Shown one piece after another: positions 50,925 through 64,000 of a stretch of DNA of 64,000 nt. The DNA is from Hydrolagus colliei (Eukaryota). Each line of letters opens with the position of its first letter. Position 1 is the first letter of the stretch. Below the pieces are notes generated by a model that saw only the letters and a list, made by a program, of their open reading frames with translations, made no database searches and was not told the DNA's origin. Position numbers and translations under genes: made by a program. The stretch lies in contig CM068760.1 in the NCBI GenBank assembly GCA_035084275.1, positions 8,060,001 through 8,124,000 on the forward strand. Direction: 5' to 3'.

Positions 50925-51170
50925 ATCATAGAATATTGCAATAAGGAAGGAGTCCATTCGACCCATCATGTCTATGTTGGCTCTTTGGAAGAGCTACCCA
51001 ATCAGTCTCACTCCCCTGCTCTTTCCCATATCCTTGCAAATATTTCCTTTTTAAAGTAACCCTTTGGAAAGTGGTTATTGAATCTGTTTCCACCACCCTT
51101 TCAGGCAGGCAGGCCACTCCAAATCTTAACCAATCTCTGTGCAAAAGAATTTCTCCTAATTTCCCCTCTG
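50925..51170 (-). mobile_element. CR1 LINE 3' fragment
   Basis: atcatagaat tail; the - strand translates LPERVVETDSITTFQR. Confidence 0.78.
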
Positions 51171-51744
51171 TTTTTTGTTTGCCAATTAACCTAAATCTTA
51201 ATTAACTAGGAAATAAAAAAGCGAGAGAGACAGAAAGAGAGAGAGATAGAGAGAGAAAGATTGGGAGACAGAAAACAATGAGAAAAATCCAAGTTAATTT
51301 GTTTCCCTTAAAACTGCACAAGGAGAAATAAATCCCCAATAAATATAATAAACATAAGAAAAAACAAAATGATTTAATTTTACAATATTTCTCAATTTGC
51401 CTCCAGTGTATAGAGCATCACGTTACTACTGTACTTGGCATCTCAGAGTACAGGAGGTTGGTTGCCATGATACAAATGGCTGTTGACAGCGGGAAATCAG
51501 AATGCTAATCGGAGGATTCATTCATAAACAGCCTTGAAAAAGGAATTCTTTCTCGTCACAACCAGTTACAGTGCAAGCGTCTCTTTGTTTCCTTTGAATC
51601 GACTAGTGCCCCCATCCTTCTAAATGAGTGTCCAGGTCTCATCTGTCGTTTCTCAAACCTCTGCGGAATACAGGCGATTGAGATCAGAAAGGTAATGTTA
51701 AAGCAATGACTTCCCTCTGAAATCCTCGTTCGTGCTTTTGTATA

Positions 51745-52377
51745 GCACCTCGGGACGTCCTCCTGGCGTGAAAGGCGCTATACAAATAGCAATTTGTTGT
51801 TATTGCCTTACTACACTTGACTTTCCTAGTGTCTCCTCACCAGTCTCCCTAGCTCGCCCCATCACAAGCTCCAGCTCATCCAAAACCTCAACCCTAACCT
51901 CTTTCACATATCAACAGCTTGTGCCCATTACTCTCATCTCCAGGTTTCACTGATATCTTCCCCCTAACATCCCACCCCTACAACCCCCCACCCCACCCTG
52001 GGGTTGTATCAAATACAATGTCCTCATTCTGACTTCCAAATGCCTCCACTCCTCTTGCCCCACCTTTATTCTGTGAGCTACTCCAGCCACACACTTCCAC
52101 CCACTCAAACGTGCAGCAGTTCCTCTGGCCACTCCCTATCTGCTTCCATTTTCTGGAATCTTCCTTAAATCCATTCTGGTTCATACCCACCCTCTTCTGC
52201 TTTTAAAACCCTCCGAAGAGCCTATCTCTGTTCCTCTGTCTTTGGTCACTTTCCTCCTATTCCCTTCTCCCACATCCCCCTGTCCATTGCTCGGGTTGCC
52301 ATCGTTTTATGTCTGTGTGAAGAGCTTAGAGACATTGTTCTAGGTGAAAGGTGCTAGCTAAGTACAAATTGTTGTTT
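51745..52377 (+). mobile_element. L2 3' tail (51745-51803) and decayed L2 3' fragment (about 51960-52377)
   Basis: Hairpin plus (TTG)n tails; ctggaatcttcctt...ccacctcttctgcttttaaaaccctccgaag. Confidence 0.6.
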
Positions 52378-52835
52378 TAACTCCACAGTTATAAAACAAG
52401 ACAACTGCTTAAATCAACTCTGTAGAGATTTTTTGTTCATTGATCTTTTCAGCTGATTTGGGATTAAAATAAACCACCCCAGTAACAAAAGAAACCTTGC
52501 TTTCTGAGTAATTGTTATCTATAAAACTATCACTGTCGATGTTGGGAGAAAATGGAACAGATTAATAAAATGCCCTATAATCTAGTGACTCAAGTACAAA
52601 GCAAAGCATGACTGAAGGTCATACCCAGCATTGAGGGTATGAGCCACAATAACATCCAGATTTCCTGATGAGTCAACAGTGAGTCATGATTGATTGCTGG
52701 TGGAATAAAATCTCTAAAACAGTCATTTGCATTATTCAGCTGACATCCTGCATTGCGCAAATGTCATATTTTCCTTCCTCCTTTCGTGGTGGAAGGATAA
52801 TGCACAATAGTACTAGGCGCCGCGCACCCTCTTTT

Positions 52836-53106
52836 GGAGTCCTATAGCTCGGTGGTTAGAGCACTCGCCTTGCGAGCGGCAGATCAGGGCAAAACCTTGT
52901 GCACGTTTCCCTACTCCACACTCATAAATTGGTCACTGCAATGTTGACTGACTGTTTGTGGGGCACTTCTGTGCAAAATTGGCTGCCGCGTTTCGCCCAC
53001 AAAATGTGTACAGTCAATTCACTTTACAGTATATTCCATGCAGTGCTTTCAAATGTCTAGAAGACGTGAAAACTGGTTTATCAAATGGAAAGATTATTAT
53101 TATTAT
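52836..53106 (+). mobile_element. Dominant SINE with internal deletions
   Basis: ggagtcctatagctcggtggttagagcactcgccttgcgagc head, then body and tail. Confidence 0.82.
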
Positions 53107-54832
53107 CTGCTTGACCCCTCATTTTATTTCAATAAAAGCTGTTACCTCATAGGTGGCAAGTAATCAGAGTTGTACTGCTATACTCTTGTAGCATTATGGC
53201 TCCTTAGTTCCATGAAGTTGTGAGTTACCCACTGACAAGGTCAGTTGCAGAGGAGCATAATTTGTGTACAAAACGCAACTGATCTCCACTGATTTTCCCC
53301 AAGTTCCTGTCATTCACAGCGGGGAAACCAAAGGAAACAGCGGTGAGGTACATGAGACCTGAAACTGAACCTAGTCTTAGCCTCGTAAGATCATGTTGTC
53401 TTCAGATTAGAAGCACTCACAAAATTGTGGCAAATTTTTAAATGCTGCCTGCAATGCAGTTCTCAGCAGCAAAAAAACGGTTTCCAAATAAAGACTGAAT
53501 TGAAGAATTGTCTGTGATTGATTGTGATCTTGCATTTTTAAACAAAAAAGGTCTGGCTGGCAGCTTGAGACCAGGTGAAATTTCAGGCTTGTGTAATCCC
53601 ATTGCAAAACCTTCAACCGATTTGTATTTGCGGGCACGAGGAAGAATATTTTTCAATGGGAAGACTTTCGCAACCGGGCTCAGCCTCCGAATCAGAAGGT
53701 TGTGGGCCGAGAGGTGAGGCAATGCTTCTAACTTAGCAGGACTCTTAACACAGCTACTGTTGGGTAACATAGGCAGTCTGATACAATCTGTGTTCACTGA
53801 GTGTTACCCGTCATTAGTAATGATGGTAAAATCAAGATCAGAATATCCATTAGCAGTGTTGGACTTGCTTCTATACTTTACTAGCCTAGCCATGTGCGAA
53901 GGGAAATAGCTTCTGCCTTCTTTAGGATCTGACCCTATTTAATCTCTAAATTGTTCTTCTTACAGGGAAGAGTGGTCGTCTCCAATCCCTGACGTTAACC
54001 CCGCATCCCAAATTGAGAAAGAGTAACGTAGTAACTACCTAGTAACTAGCCTCTCTAAAATACAGTGTCAAGTCAGCAACAGACAATTACAATGCTTGGT
54101 GCAGTGGAGTGCAACTTTTGGACACGTTTATTTCACTCAGGCTGTTATTACCATTACATTAAATGCACCTTTGGGTGTGGATTCATACAACTGTCCATGA
54201 TTGTGACAATTTCAACTTGTTGAGTGATGTGGTTGCCAGGCACCAATTAAGAGGGGAGTGAGGGGGGGGGGGGCGGAATCCTGGCTGGAGTCTCTCTTCT
54301 CGAGCTCAGCCACACTCAAGCTAAATTGCTGCTCGTTTCACAGCCAAACGGAGCTACGATCAGCAGCCCAGCACGCAGTCTGGGAGTCAGGCATGGTCTA
54401 TCTCTCCTGCACTGTTCGCGCCTGCTACTCACTGACGAAACGTGGGGAGTCACTTGGGGCCTCGAGGAGGGAAACCTGAGCCAAATTTCTTTTGGGTTTT
54501 ACGGCTCCAATTTGCAGGTTTGTTCAAAACTGACAGACTTGACGGAGGGGGTGGGGGGGGGGGGCAGCTATTTCTGATATTTGAACTGTAAACACGATAA
54601 CAGGTCTGATACTCTTGAGCAACTCGGCTCTTTAAATTGACAAGAATCAAAGCGCTTGCCACACACATTCCAAATATTACAAGCCGGTATCAAATATACA
54701 CGCAAGTCAGGTCAGGAGTTGATGGAGATTCACCTTATCTGCTTTTCCTACTTTTGAGATATTTTGAAATAACAGGCGCGCCTGTTTTGCGGATGTAACG
54801 TTGCCAACTCTGAAACACTGAGCTCACTCAGA

Positions 54833-54990
54833 TCAATCCACGACTGTTTGTGGGACACTGCTGCGCGCAATTGGCTGCCGTGTTTTGCCCACGAAACATG
54901 CAGCGAATTCACTTTGCAGTACATTCTGTGAGGCGTTTTGAGACGTCTCAACGACGCGATAAGGGCGATAGCAAATGCAAGGATTATTAC
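54833..54990 (+). mobile_element. Dominant SINE 3' half
   Basis: Family core and tail. Confidence 0.82.
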
Positions 54991-57900
54991 TTTGTTAAAA
55001 CACTGAGAGTGTTTATCCCGTTGTAACTTAACAGTAATTTGTGCTCTTATCCAGCTGAAAACCTTCCTTTTCGACCATGCTTATGGCTACCATCCCACCC
55101 TACACCGGCTCGGAGTCAGGCTCCGCCACTGTTTAAATGCTTACATGGAGGCTGCTATCTAGGTGCAAGTTATTGTTGTTGTTACTTAGTAAGGGGAATC
55201 AGCAGATGCTTAAGTCTTCAGCAAAATATTGATGTTGTACTTCTGTTTCATCACAATGAAAATAAATATTAAATTAAAGAGGAAAAGGTAAGGTGGTAGA
55301 TATTTCATTCTGCAGACAGTGCGATTATGCTTTTGCTCTGAAGTGCTACTCGCTCTCAGAAGCTGTGGCAGGAGCAAAAATCATCAAAGTATTTGAGAGG
55401 GAACTTGTACTTATTGTGAGGGCGATGGGAATAGAGGAGAGAATACAGGAGAGAATAGGAAAGGTGGGGTGTAAACACTTGTGGGGTTAAATGGCTTGAT
55501 TCTGTGCTATATCATTCTATGTAATCTTTCCCTACAATAAATACTGAACAATGGTACTGAGGATAGAGGCCATAATGTAGATGCTTCAATTGCATCATCA
55601 CTATATTTTGATTAAAATCATATCATCTCTACCACTGTGCTCAACACAGCACAGCAGCTGCAATGTTTCCCTCCCACCCCCACACCCCTCCTCCCCCCCC
55701 CAACCCCAACCCCCGCCCCACCAGTAACTGAAGATGATATATTCAACAACAATAACAACAAGTTGCATTTGTATAACGCCCTTCATGCAGGGTAGCGTTC
55801 TGGAGCACTTGACAATGGCAGAGTCTTACACAAGTCTGGCAGTAAATATTCAAGTGGTAATTCAATCTGTGATTGCACTGACATTTATAAAGCAGAACCA
55901 GTCGATTGAATTATTGCATTCGAATTTACTAACAGCAACGAGTCTCAAATACAGCGGATGATATAAATAATGCATCAGGTTCTCAGTTGTAAGTTGACTT
56001 GCAATTCATGGGCTGCATTGCCTTATTACACCCAATAAATTAATCCTCGATTAAAATTATGTTGATGTCCAAGACACTTTCAAAGCACTGAAAACAGCAG
56101 CAACACACGGATGCAACACACATATATCCTATTTAAGGCTACCACAAGGACCTTCTTTCGTGCCTATTTATTGCTTGAAGGATTCCAAAAAAACCTTGAA
56201 AAACTTTTTAATGAATGTATCGTTGATTCTACAGTCATGCAACATACACAGGACTAAGTGAGTAATGGTAAAGACAGGTTAAGGTGAAGAAAGGCTTAAA
56301 GAAACGTTTTTAAAAGCTGATCCCATGCTTAGTAGCAGCCTTCTGAACATGGATAAAACGTATGCAATTTTGACGCATATGTTATTATAATGCTAGGTTA
56401 AATGGTAAATGGAATGGATGAAAGAATCAAGTCTTTTTTTGAGATGGGCACAAACACTGCAATCCTTAATTGCCAGCAGCTATTATGTGAGGTACAAACA
56501 TTAGTCAAAAAATGATTCTTGCCACGTTTCTCTATTTCAGCAATCTGTGACAAGCGTGCGGCAATTTGAAACTGGGGTGGACAGGACCTGATGGAAGAAT
56601 GGATGGGTTGAGCACAAAATATCATAACCGTATCAAAGTTAATGATTGTTAGGATTTCTACGTTCTCTCCTGCTCAGGTTAAACTGTGATCAGGAGTGTT
56701 ATAAGTATGTAGCAATTATAGACGAAAGGATCAGTAAAGTAATTCACATTTCCAGAACTGTCCAACTCGTGGTTAGGGCACACAGAACTAAATCTCTACA
56801 CCGACTTGTTCCTTGATTACTCAAAAAAAAATATTTTACTTTTTTCTGAATGTAGATGTCATAAAAGGAAAGAGGCTTATCAAAGACATAGTTAAAGTAG
56901 ATTAATATGGTAATGCAATAGTCAAACACCTGTCTCTATGATTTAATTTTCTAAAATGCACTGTAATTAGCAAATTAATATTTAATATGAATTCCCCCCA
57001 AACTGTAGATCTTGATCAAGTACCGGTATTTGGATTTAAGTAGTTTTTCTAATAGCTTTAAGAATACTGACATCTATTGTAGTTCATTGTCAGAATGCTA
57101 TATGACTAAAAGCTCATGTTAATTTTCATTAGAATATAATTTTTCTGCATTTTTTAAACCTAGCGAGTCAGAAGAATTAAAAATACCGTGATAGTTTGAA
57201 TTAGTGATATATTTTTCTGAATGCACCATTATTCTCAAGCCCTTTATCAATAGATTACCTTAGTAGCTTCCAGAGTAATGTGTGTATATCAATATCTCTG
57301 CAGTTTTTTTAAGGTCTTGGTTTAAATATCACTTTGAAACTAAGGGTTAATACTGCCTGTTGGAAATCGGGAGCTTGCAGTTTACAATAGCCTGTTTTGA
57401 TGTTTCTTGTTAAACATTCATTTAAGATGAGGTTAGGCAGCTGTGGGGGGAGTTTTCACACATGGTATAGACAATACAATATTTGAATGCAACTTTCATC
57501 ATTTCTCAGAAGCTTTCGACATTTTACACATTTTTCACGGGTCGAAAAAAATCTAGGAATGTTTTGGGTAACATGAGCCATGCAGTCTTTTGTACAAGGA
57601 GAAAAAAAGGATTAACACATATAAAGTACAGAATTACGAGGACACCTGTTTGAACCTTATTTTAACATAACAGTTCTATTCAAAATATCTCATTTCAGAA
57701 AATAATAATAAAACGTCTTTGTAAATCTTGGTGAAATACAAACGTGTCAGTGTAAACATTTCTCCTGTTTCTTTCTTTTTATTTCAGAACCACATTTAAA
57801 CTGGCTCAAGACACCAGGAGTCAAGATTTATTTATTTCCTTTGCCAATCTGGAGAGTAAGTACGGTTCTCTCCCACCCATGATTGTGAAACTGCAAAAAT

Positions 57901-58579
57901 ATCTTGAGACGAAACCTGAAGACTGCTAATATCTTCTCTTTTTAGCTAATTTTCTTGCCTTATTAAGGCTATTAATAAAAGGCTGAATTGAATAATTACT
58001 TGCATTTTATCTAACCTGCATTGAAAATGTTTTCGTCTAAATTGTCTCATGCATTAAAGTTTGTGTAACTTTACCGACGTAACTCTTTACACATGATTTA
58101 TTTTTATCATTATGTATTATTTATTTCCAGATCATCATCCATTTTTTGAATTGATGGTATAACTTATGTGCAAACTGTTTTGTCCCTGCTGTGATTTCCA
58201 AAAATTCATTAAGCTTTTTCTCTGGTTTAAATTCACTTTCAAATGTCATTCCGAATTCAAATCGACTGGTTTTATTGTAGCATGTTGCTGGGTGCGGATT
58301 AACTACTCGGTTCTCCTTCGAAACTGCACTCACTTCATTTCTAATCAAACTCATTCTGGAAAGGTCTCTGAGAAGTTTATTTTACATGAAAGGCTTTGTA
58401 TTAATGTAAAAATCTGGTTTGGATTTAGGTTAAAAAAAAATTTAGATTCAGATTAGGAGATGAACCCAAAAGAGAATTAATTAATCATTCAGAGTTCAGA
58501 AATCTGAACTGAATCGGAAATCACAGAAATCTGACATGAATACCAATAAGATTTTCATATTCAGGAATTTCACACACCA

Positions 58580-59032
58580 TAATAGTAATAATAATCATTG
58601 CATCTGATACAGAGCCTTATCGCATTGTTGAGATATCTAATGGAATATAATGTAATGTCAATTCACTGTATATTTTGTCGCCAAAATAAGTGTAAAAGAA
58701 AGTGTTTTGTTACTTAAAAGAACAATAATATTAGCAACGCAAATCTGCACAGAATTCAAGAATTGGCAGAAATTGTTTTTAAATATTCTCAAATTGTAGT
58801 TGCTTGTCTTATTAATGTGATCATAATGTCATTGCTCACACTCCCAAACCGGTGACTATTTGTTGGTTTGGATGAATCAGTGGTGTGAAAAATGTCTCTA
58901 ACTCCATTTTGGTCCATTTCGCCCACAAAATATACAATCACGTCACTCTACAGTACATTCTATGCAGCGCTTTGAAGCATCTCAAAGGTGTGATAAAAAT
59001 AATCAAATGCAAGGATTATTTTTATTATTATT
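58580..59032. mobile_element. Two SINE 3' fragments in opposite orientation (58580-58690 on -, 58910-59032 on +)
   Basis: Family tails on opposite strands. Confidence 0.65.
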
Positions 59033-59605
59033 CTACCTGCGGCATCCTCCTTCTAGCTGCGAGTGTTAAAAATCGAGGACAACACAGGTAGGCTGAAAAT
59101 CCCCATGTTTAACTTTTGAAAGCAGGGAAAGGGAGAACAAAAAATCTACAAAGCCAAAGTATGGGGACCCATTTCAAAGAACTAAAATTGTTTTCAGAGG
59201 TGTTGGAGCAGTTTGTTAAGAGATTAAAATACTGCTCGGAGCTTTGAATGGTGTGTTTGTGTGTGTTTGTATGTGAGACTGGCTGTGTCCTGTGAAGGCA
59301 GCTCTGTGTGTTTTGGGGGGTGTGCACGCCTATGGTGTTTTGAGCTGCCGCTACCTGCTCGGTGATATGACTAAACCCAAGAATCCTTTCACACCTTTGT
59401 CTCGCTCTGTTGTCGAGCCTTTGTTTGTTTTCCTTGTCCTGTCAGACACGTTCCAAATAACTTCTCCTCAAAAGCCCCCCTGCGCCAAAATGATGGGCTA
59501 AAGTTTCTGCAAACAAGAGAGCTTCCACCAGCGGAAACTCCATCGCGTCGCCGGACAAAAGGAAAATAATCCCCCCTTGCCAGGTGAGAGCCCAGCCGCT
59601 TCTCA

Positions 59606-59854
<249 letters not shown>

Positions 59855-60214
59855 TCAGAAGCTTTGCATCCTCTAACTGCAAAGGACCACCCATGTTATA
59901 TATAATAATAATAATATTATTGTATCGTCAGTAAGCTCCTGTTTGATCCACCTTACTCCAAACCATCATAACATTAAATAACATGGACAAAAACAAAAAG
60001 AACTTGCCTATTTACCTTTCCCTGTGATTATACGTTCACAATAGATGATCCAAAAGATGAAACCAATGGGAAGTGCAATATCAGAATATAGAAATACACT
60101 ATCAGTGAAGATCAATTGTAATTTCCTCCCAATTTCAGCTCCGGAGGCTGTTTACAAGATTTGTTTGGATGATAAAGCGTCAACAGTTGAACGTCAACAA
60201 GACCTAAGTCCCCT

Positions 60215-60690
60215 GATTGACTCCATACCTCGGATGCTCATCATCCATGGATGCACGCTCCATCTCACTAGGCCAGTCCAGAACCTTGGCATCCTGTTCG
60301 ACCCTCATCTATCCTATCTATTCCAAATCCATGCCATGACCTGCTCTGCCTTCCCACACCTCTGGAACATTGCCCGGCTCTGCCACTATCTCACACTGCA
60401 GGCTGCCGAAACTCTGATACATGCATTCGTAACATCCAGACTTGACTACGCAAACTCCTCACTTGTCGGCCTCTCCAAATCCTCCCTCCACGGACTCCAG
60501 ATCATCCAGACCTCTGCAGCCCACATTCTCTTCCGCACTAGGCTCCATGAACATATCACCCCCCACCCTTGCCTGACTCCACTGGCTTTCCATCACGCCG
60601 ATGATGCACTTCAAGATCCTGGTTCTCACTCTCAAAGCACTCCATGGCCTTGCTTCCCCTACCTCCGTGACCTCCTAACCCCTTCAGCCA
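60215..60690 (+). mobile_element. L2 LINE ORF2 C-terminal fragment (decayed)
   Basis: VQNLGILFDPHLS...LWNIARLCHYLT...AAETLIHAFVTSRLDYANSSLVGL...LQIIQTSAAHILFRT...EHITP, typical of the L2 ORF2 post-RT region. The similarity breaks after HITP, consistent with a frameshift. Confidence 0.88.
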
Positions 60691-61319
60691 CTGTGCCCCC
60701 ACCCTCTGAATTTCATTCCCGCAGTCGCTTTACAAATGTAATATTATTGTTGTTGTTGTTCTCATCCTTCCAGGATGCCCACCCTACGTCTTCCCAACAC
60801 AACAGGCCCATTATGTCAATGTTGTACTTTCCAGTCTTCTTCTTTACTGTCATTGTATTCTGCTTAAAGTCATCTTTTCTCCAATTCTTTTCGGGCGCTG
60901 AGATTGAATTCTTTCAAGTATGAGCTGAGACACTGCAGCATATTTTTCTAAGTACTCAATACCTTGAGCTCCTTGTGAGCAAAGACTTCAGATAAGGCTT
61001 GTGTAGCGTGTATTTGCCATGTACCTGCATTGCACACGTAACACAAAGCTCCTTCAACAGCCCGCACAGCCATCAGGCCATGTTAAAATAAACAAGACCC
61101 ATTACTGGTCCTTCACACCTGTTAGATGTGTTTAAGCGGAAGTTGAAGAAAAGTGGCTTCAAAGTTGATACATGTTTCAGAGATCAAGAATTGAACGCGA
61201 AGGAGGGAATTCTGCCAAAGCAGAAAGAGGGCAAGAGAGTGAACAAAAGCGAATGTCAAAATGACAAACATTTCAGGTATTCTGTCGTCTCCCAATAACT
61301 TATCAGGTATCCAAAGACA

Positions 61320-61843
61320 ATAATAATAATACTTGTCCTTGCATTTGATATCGCGCTTTTCATGTCTTTCTAGACGTATCAAAGCGCTTCACAGAATATA
61401 CTGTAAAGTGAAGGTTCTGTATACTTTGTGGGTGAAACCCGGCAGCCAACTGCCCACCACAACAACAACAACAAAATTACGTAGAGCCTATCACGTCAGG
61501 AGGTCGTCCCAAGGCGCACAGCAGTGTCTCATAAACAGTCGCCGATTGATTGAATGACCAAATTATATATTTTTTGAGGGGATTATTATCCTGGAGAATC
61601 GATCTGCTAATCATTACAACATGGCCTCCTTTTGTTCTGTAAGATTCTATGATTCCATGCGGAGTAAGCAAACTTGTCCAATAGTTCACCCTGCCCGGGA
61701 AACAACCACAGGTCCTCCCACTTACGACACTAAGGTTCACAACTCCACAATTAAATGTTTGCAAAATGCAACAATTCTCAGCGCCTTGGGACGTCCTCCT
61801 GACGTGAAAGGCGCTAAACAAATATAAATTTGTTGTTGTTGTT
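61320..61843. mobile_element. Compound element: - strand SINE with a nested L2 tail (61458-61517) and CR1 tail (61621-61657), followed by a + strand L2 tail (61780-61843)
   Basis: The SINE consensus resumes after each insert. Confidence 0.78.
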
Positions 61844-63213
61844 CTCATTGAGAGATCGCTTAAGATATACCACAAATCAGACTCCAGTAATATCAAGAGG
61901 TAATTTTTAAAACAAGGGTTTTACCATTTAAAAATATCTCAACGCATTTAACATGGTGAGCTACACTCAAGTGCAGTGACTTGGTAAGCATGGATGGCAG
62001 CTGATAACAATGTCCCACACAAAGCAGGATGAGGTGAAAGGAAAATTCAGCTATTTTTAGGTGAATTTGGGCTTAGAAAAGCATATTAATCACAACATCA
62101 CAAGAAGATTCTAGTTTGGAGGACAGAGTGGTGCCAACCGACACAGACGCATCTTTGTGATGGGAAAAATGCAATCAACAACGTAATAATTACAAGGATG
62201 TGTAGTTACAAATGCGGATGTTATTCCTATGGTACTGTTTCGTTATCACATCACTGAGAATCGCAGTCCAAACCAACCTTTGCTCATTGACTGCTTTGAG
62301 CACATTAGTTTGGCCCGTCGCCATGGCTGTTTTTATTCTCGGCTTCTAGATTCAGCTTGGATCAACCGATATGATCTGATTTTGTTTCCAGGCAACGTAC
62401 GGTATACGGGGGCGATCACACTATTATTACACAGAGAAAGCTGGAAAGCAGCCCTGTGTAAATTCGGCTCGTATCCCCTTTTAGATTAGCAAAAGAAATA
62501 CAGTCCTGGTGGAATTCCCAGTGCAAGCCATTTACTTGCAATCATATAAAACGAAACGCGTGCGTACCCTTGCGAGGGTTTAAGAGTAAATAATTCCGAA
62601 GCTCTTGACACTGAATAAGTATGACGGTAGCTTGCACTGTGCAGTGTCGGCAACAGTTGACAACATGAAATTGCACAAGAGAGGAGCTAAGATAAAGATC
62701 TAACCTCAAGGGCAAACTCATTCTGGCAGTACAAACACTTCATCTGGTTCATTTGATAGAAACAAACAGGATAATTTGCCTATCATTTCCCTCTAAGCAA
62801 CTATGTCCTTCGCACAGTGCAGGGGGAGGGGGGGGGGGTGCGAGTTGAAACCGAATCTATTGCCATAATCTGTCAAGTGGTTGTTACTTTGTTGGGCACA
62901 TCAAACACTATAAGTGATCGGTGTTGGTCACCAAGGGATGCCAGTTATCCCGCAATACATTCCCCAGCACATTCACACCCACACTATCAGCAGCAGACAC
63001 TGCTTGACTAGTGCTCCTGATTAATTGGAATGAATTAGTCCCAGGTGAGAAGCAATGAATGATTGAAATGTTAGCGGTGTTGCTGAGTTAATGAGGGAAG
63101 CTGTTTGACTCAATGTCACCAGCACACATTGCAGGCTCTCCACATGAAAGTGCCACTGTCAACTTGAAATTGACTTGATGCTTTTAAAATACATCTCAAA
63201 GTGGAGTACAGTA

Positions 63214-63497
63214 CTCTAGCTCAGTGGTTAGAGCAAGCACAGAGAGACCTGGGTTCAATTCCAGGCAGGTCAGGGTGAAACCCTGGGCAAGTTTCCTTAC
63301 TCCACGCGCCTGATAATAATCTCTCAAATAGCAAACAATAATAAATTGTTCATTTCAATCCACGACTGTTTGTGGGACACTGCGGTGCACAAATGGCTGC
63401 TGCTTTTCGCCCACAAAATACAGTCAATTCACTATACATTACATTCCGTGAAGCGCTTTGAGACGTCTAGACTATGAAATGCGAGGATTATTATTAG
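63214..63497 (+). mobile_element. Dominant SINE, near full length
   Basis: A box TAGCTCAGTGG, B box GGTTCAATTCC, body and tail. Confidence 0.88.
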
Positions 63498-63649
63498 TAC
63501 CATTATTATTATACAAGATACTGTTCAATTGCCTCATGTTTTGCCGGACAATGCTGTGTTGAGCACTACATTATTCTAGCACCTAATTTAACATTGAATC
63601 CCACCGCTAAACCATGTTGAGGAGAAATCTGTATCATTTCGTAATGTTT

Positions 63650-63745
63650 CTCGTGCAATTTCGGCCACAAAATACACCGTCAATTCACTGTAAAGTATAT
63701 TCTGTGAAGCACTTGATGAAGTCTACATTAACCGTAAGGATTCTT
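63650..63745 (+). mobile_element. SINE 3' fragment
   Basis: ccacaaaatacaccgtcaattcactgtaaagtatattctgtgaagcac. Confidence 0.65.
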
Positions 63746-64000
63746 ACCATTCCTATTTCACCACGAACGCTCCCAATACAAGCTCGGTAAATAAAACGTC
63801 AACCTGCGCAATACACTGGAAATCATAGCACTGAGGGTGGGCAGTTTGTTATAGCCAACTAGTGGTTAAAAAATAAATGCTTTGCTACCTGCTTTATCCA
63901 ACATACTTGGTAATGGCCTTGTTTAATTGCTGCCTCTTCCACCCAAGGTGAAACAGGCATTCTACTACTACACAGTAGCACGTTTATCTGGGATATTTCA

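Noticed and set aside
52665-52690. CTGATGAGTC hammerhead-like start
   Set aside because: No closing stem II or GAAA downstream.
53310-53380. Weak resemblance to the MIR/CORE-SINE core (cacagcggggaaacc...ggtgagg)
   Set aside because: Too short and diverged to call without a profile search.
60045-60923. 292-aa ORF, the longest in the window
   Set aside because: A chimera of intron sequence and a decayed L2 ORF2 fragment, with no RT catalytic core; not a host gene.

Overview
Vertebrate nuclear DNA, not prokaryotic. The repeat content suggests a cartilaginous fish, possibly a chimaera such as Callorhinchus (inference). Two convergent genes are visible. On the - strand are the last five coding exons of netrin-1 (ntn1): 59611-59799, 38390-38539, 37145-37198, 28764-28838 and 16267-16595, all with canonical splice sites; the four internal exons are phase 1-1. 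The large N-terminal exon lies beyond the right edge. On the + strand is the terminal transmembrane exon of syntaxin-8 (stx8, 11518-11585), in the same tail-to-tail arrangement as human STX8/NTN1. The rest is intron, UTR or intergenic sequence. It carries about 30 copies of a young tRNA-headed SINE, older Deu-domain SINEs, L2 and CR1 LINE 3' fragments (one young CR1 with a perfect 12-bp TSD), a TA-flanked MITE, a Penelope-like remnant with a decayed hammerhead core, microsatellites and a 137-N gap. Nearly all ORFs in the supplied track are spurious. I see no convincing new protein-coding system. The best leads are the SINE/L2 shared covarying hairpin with nested insertions, SINE domain shuffling, inverted SINEs flanking in-frame ntn1 exons, and candidate enhancers. 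Repeat boundaries are approximate; exon boundaries were checked base by base.
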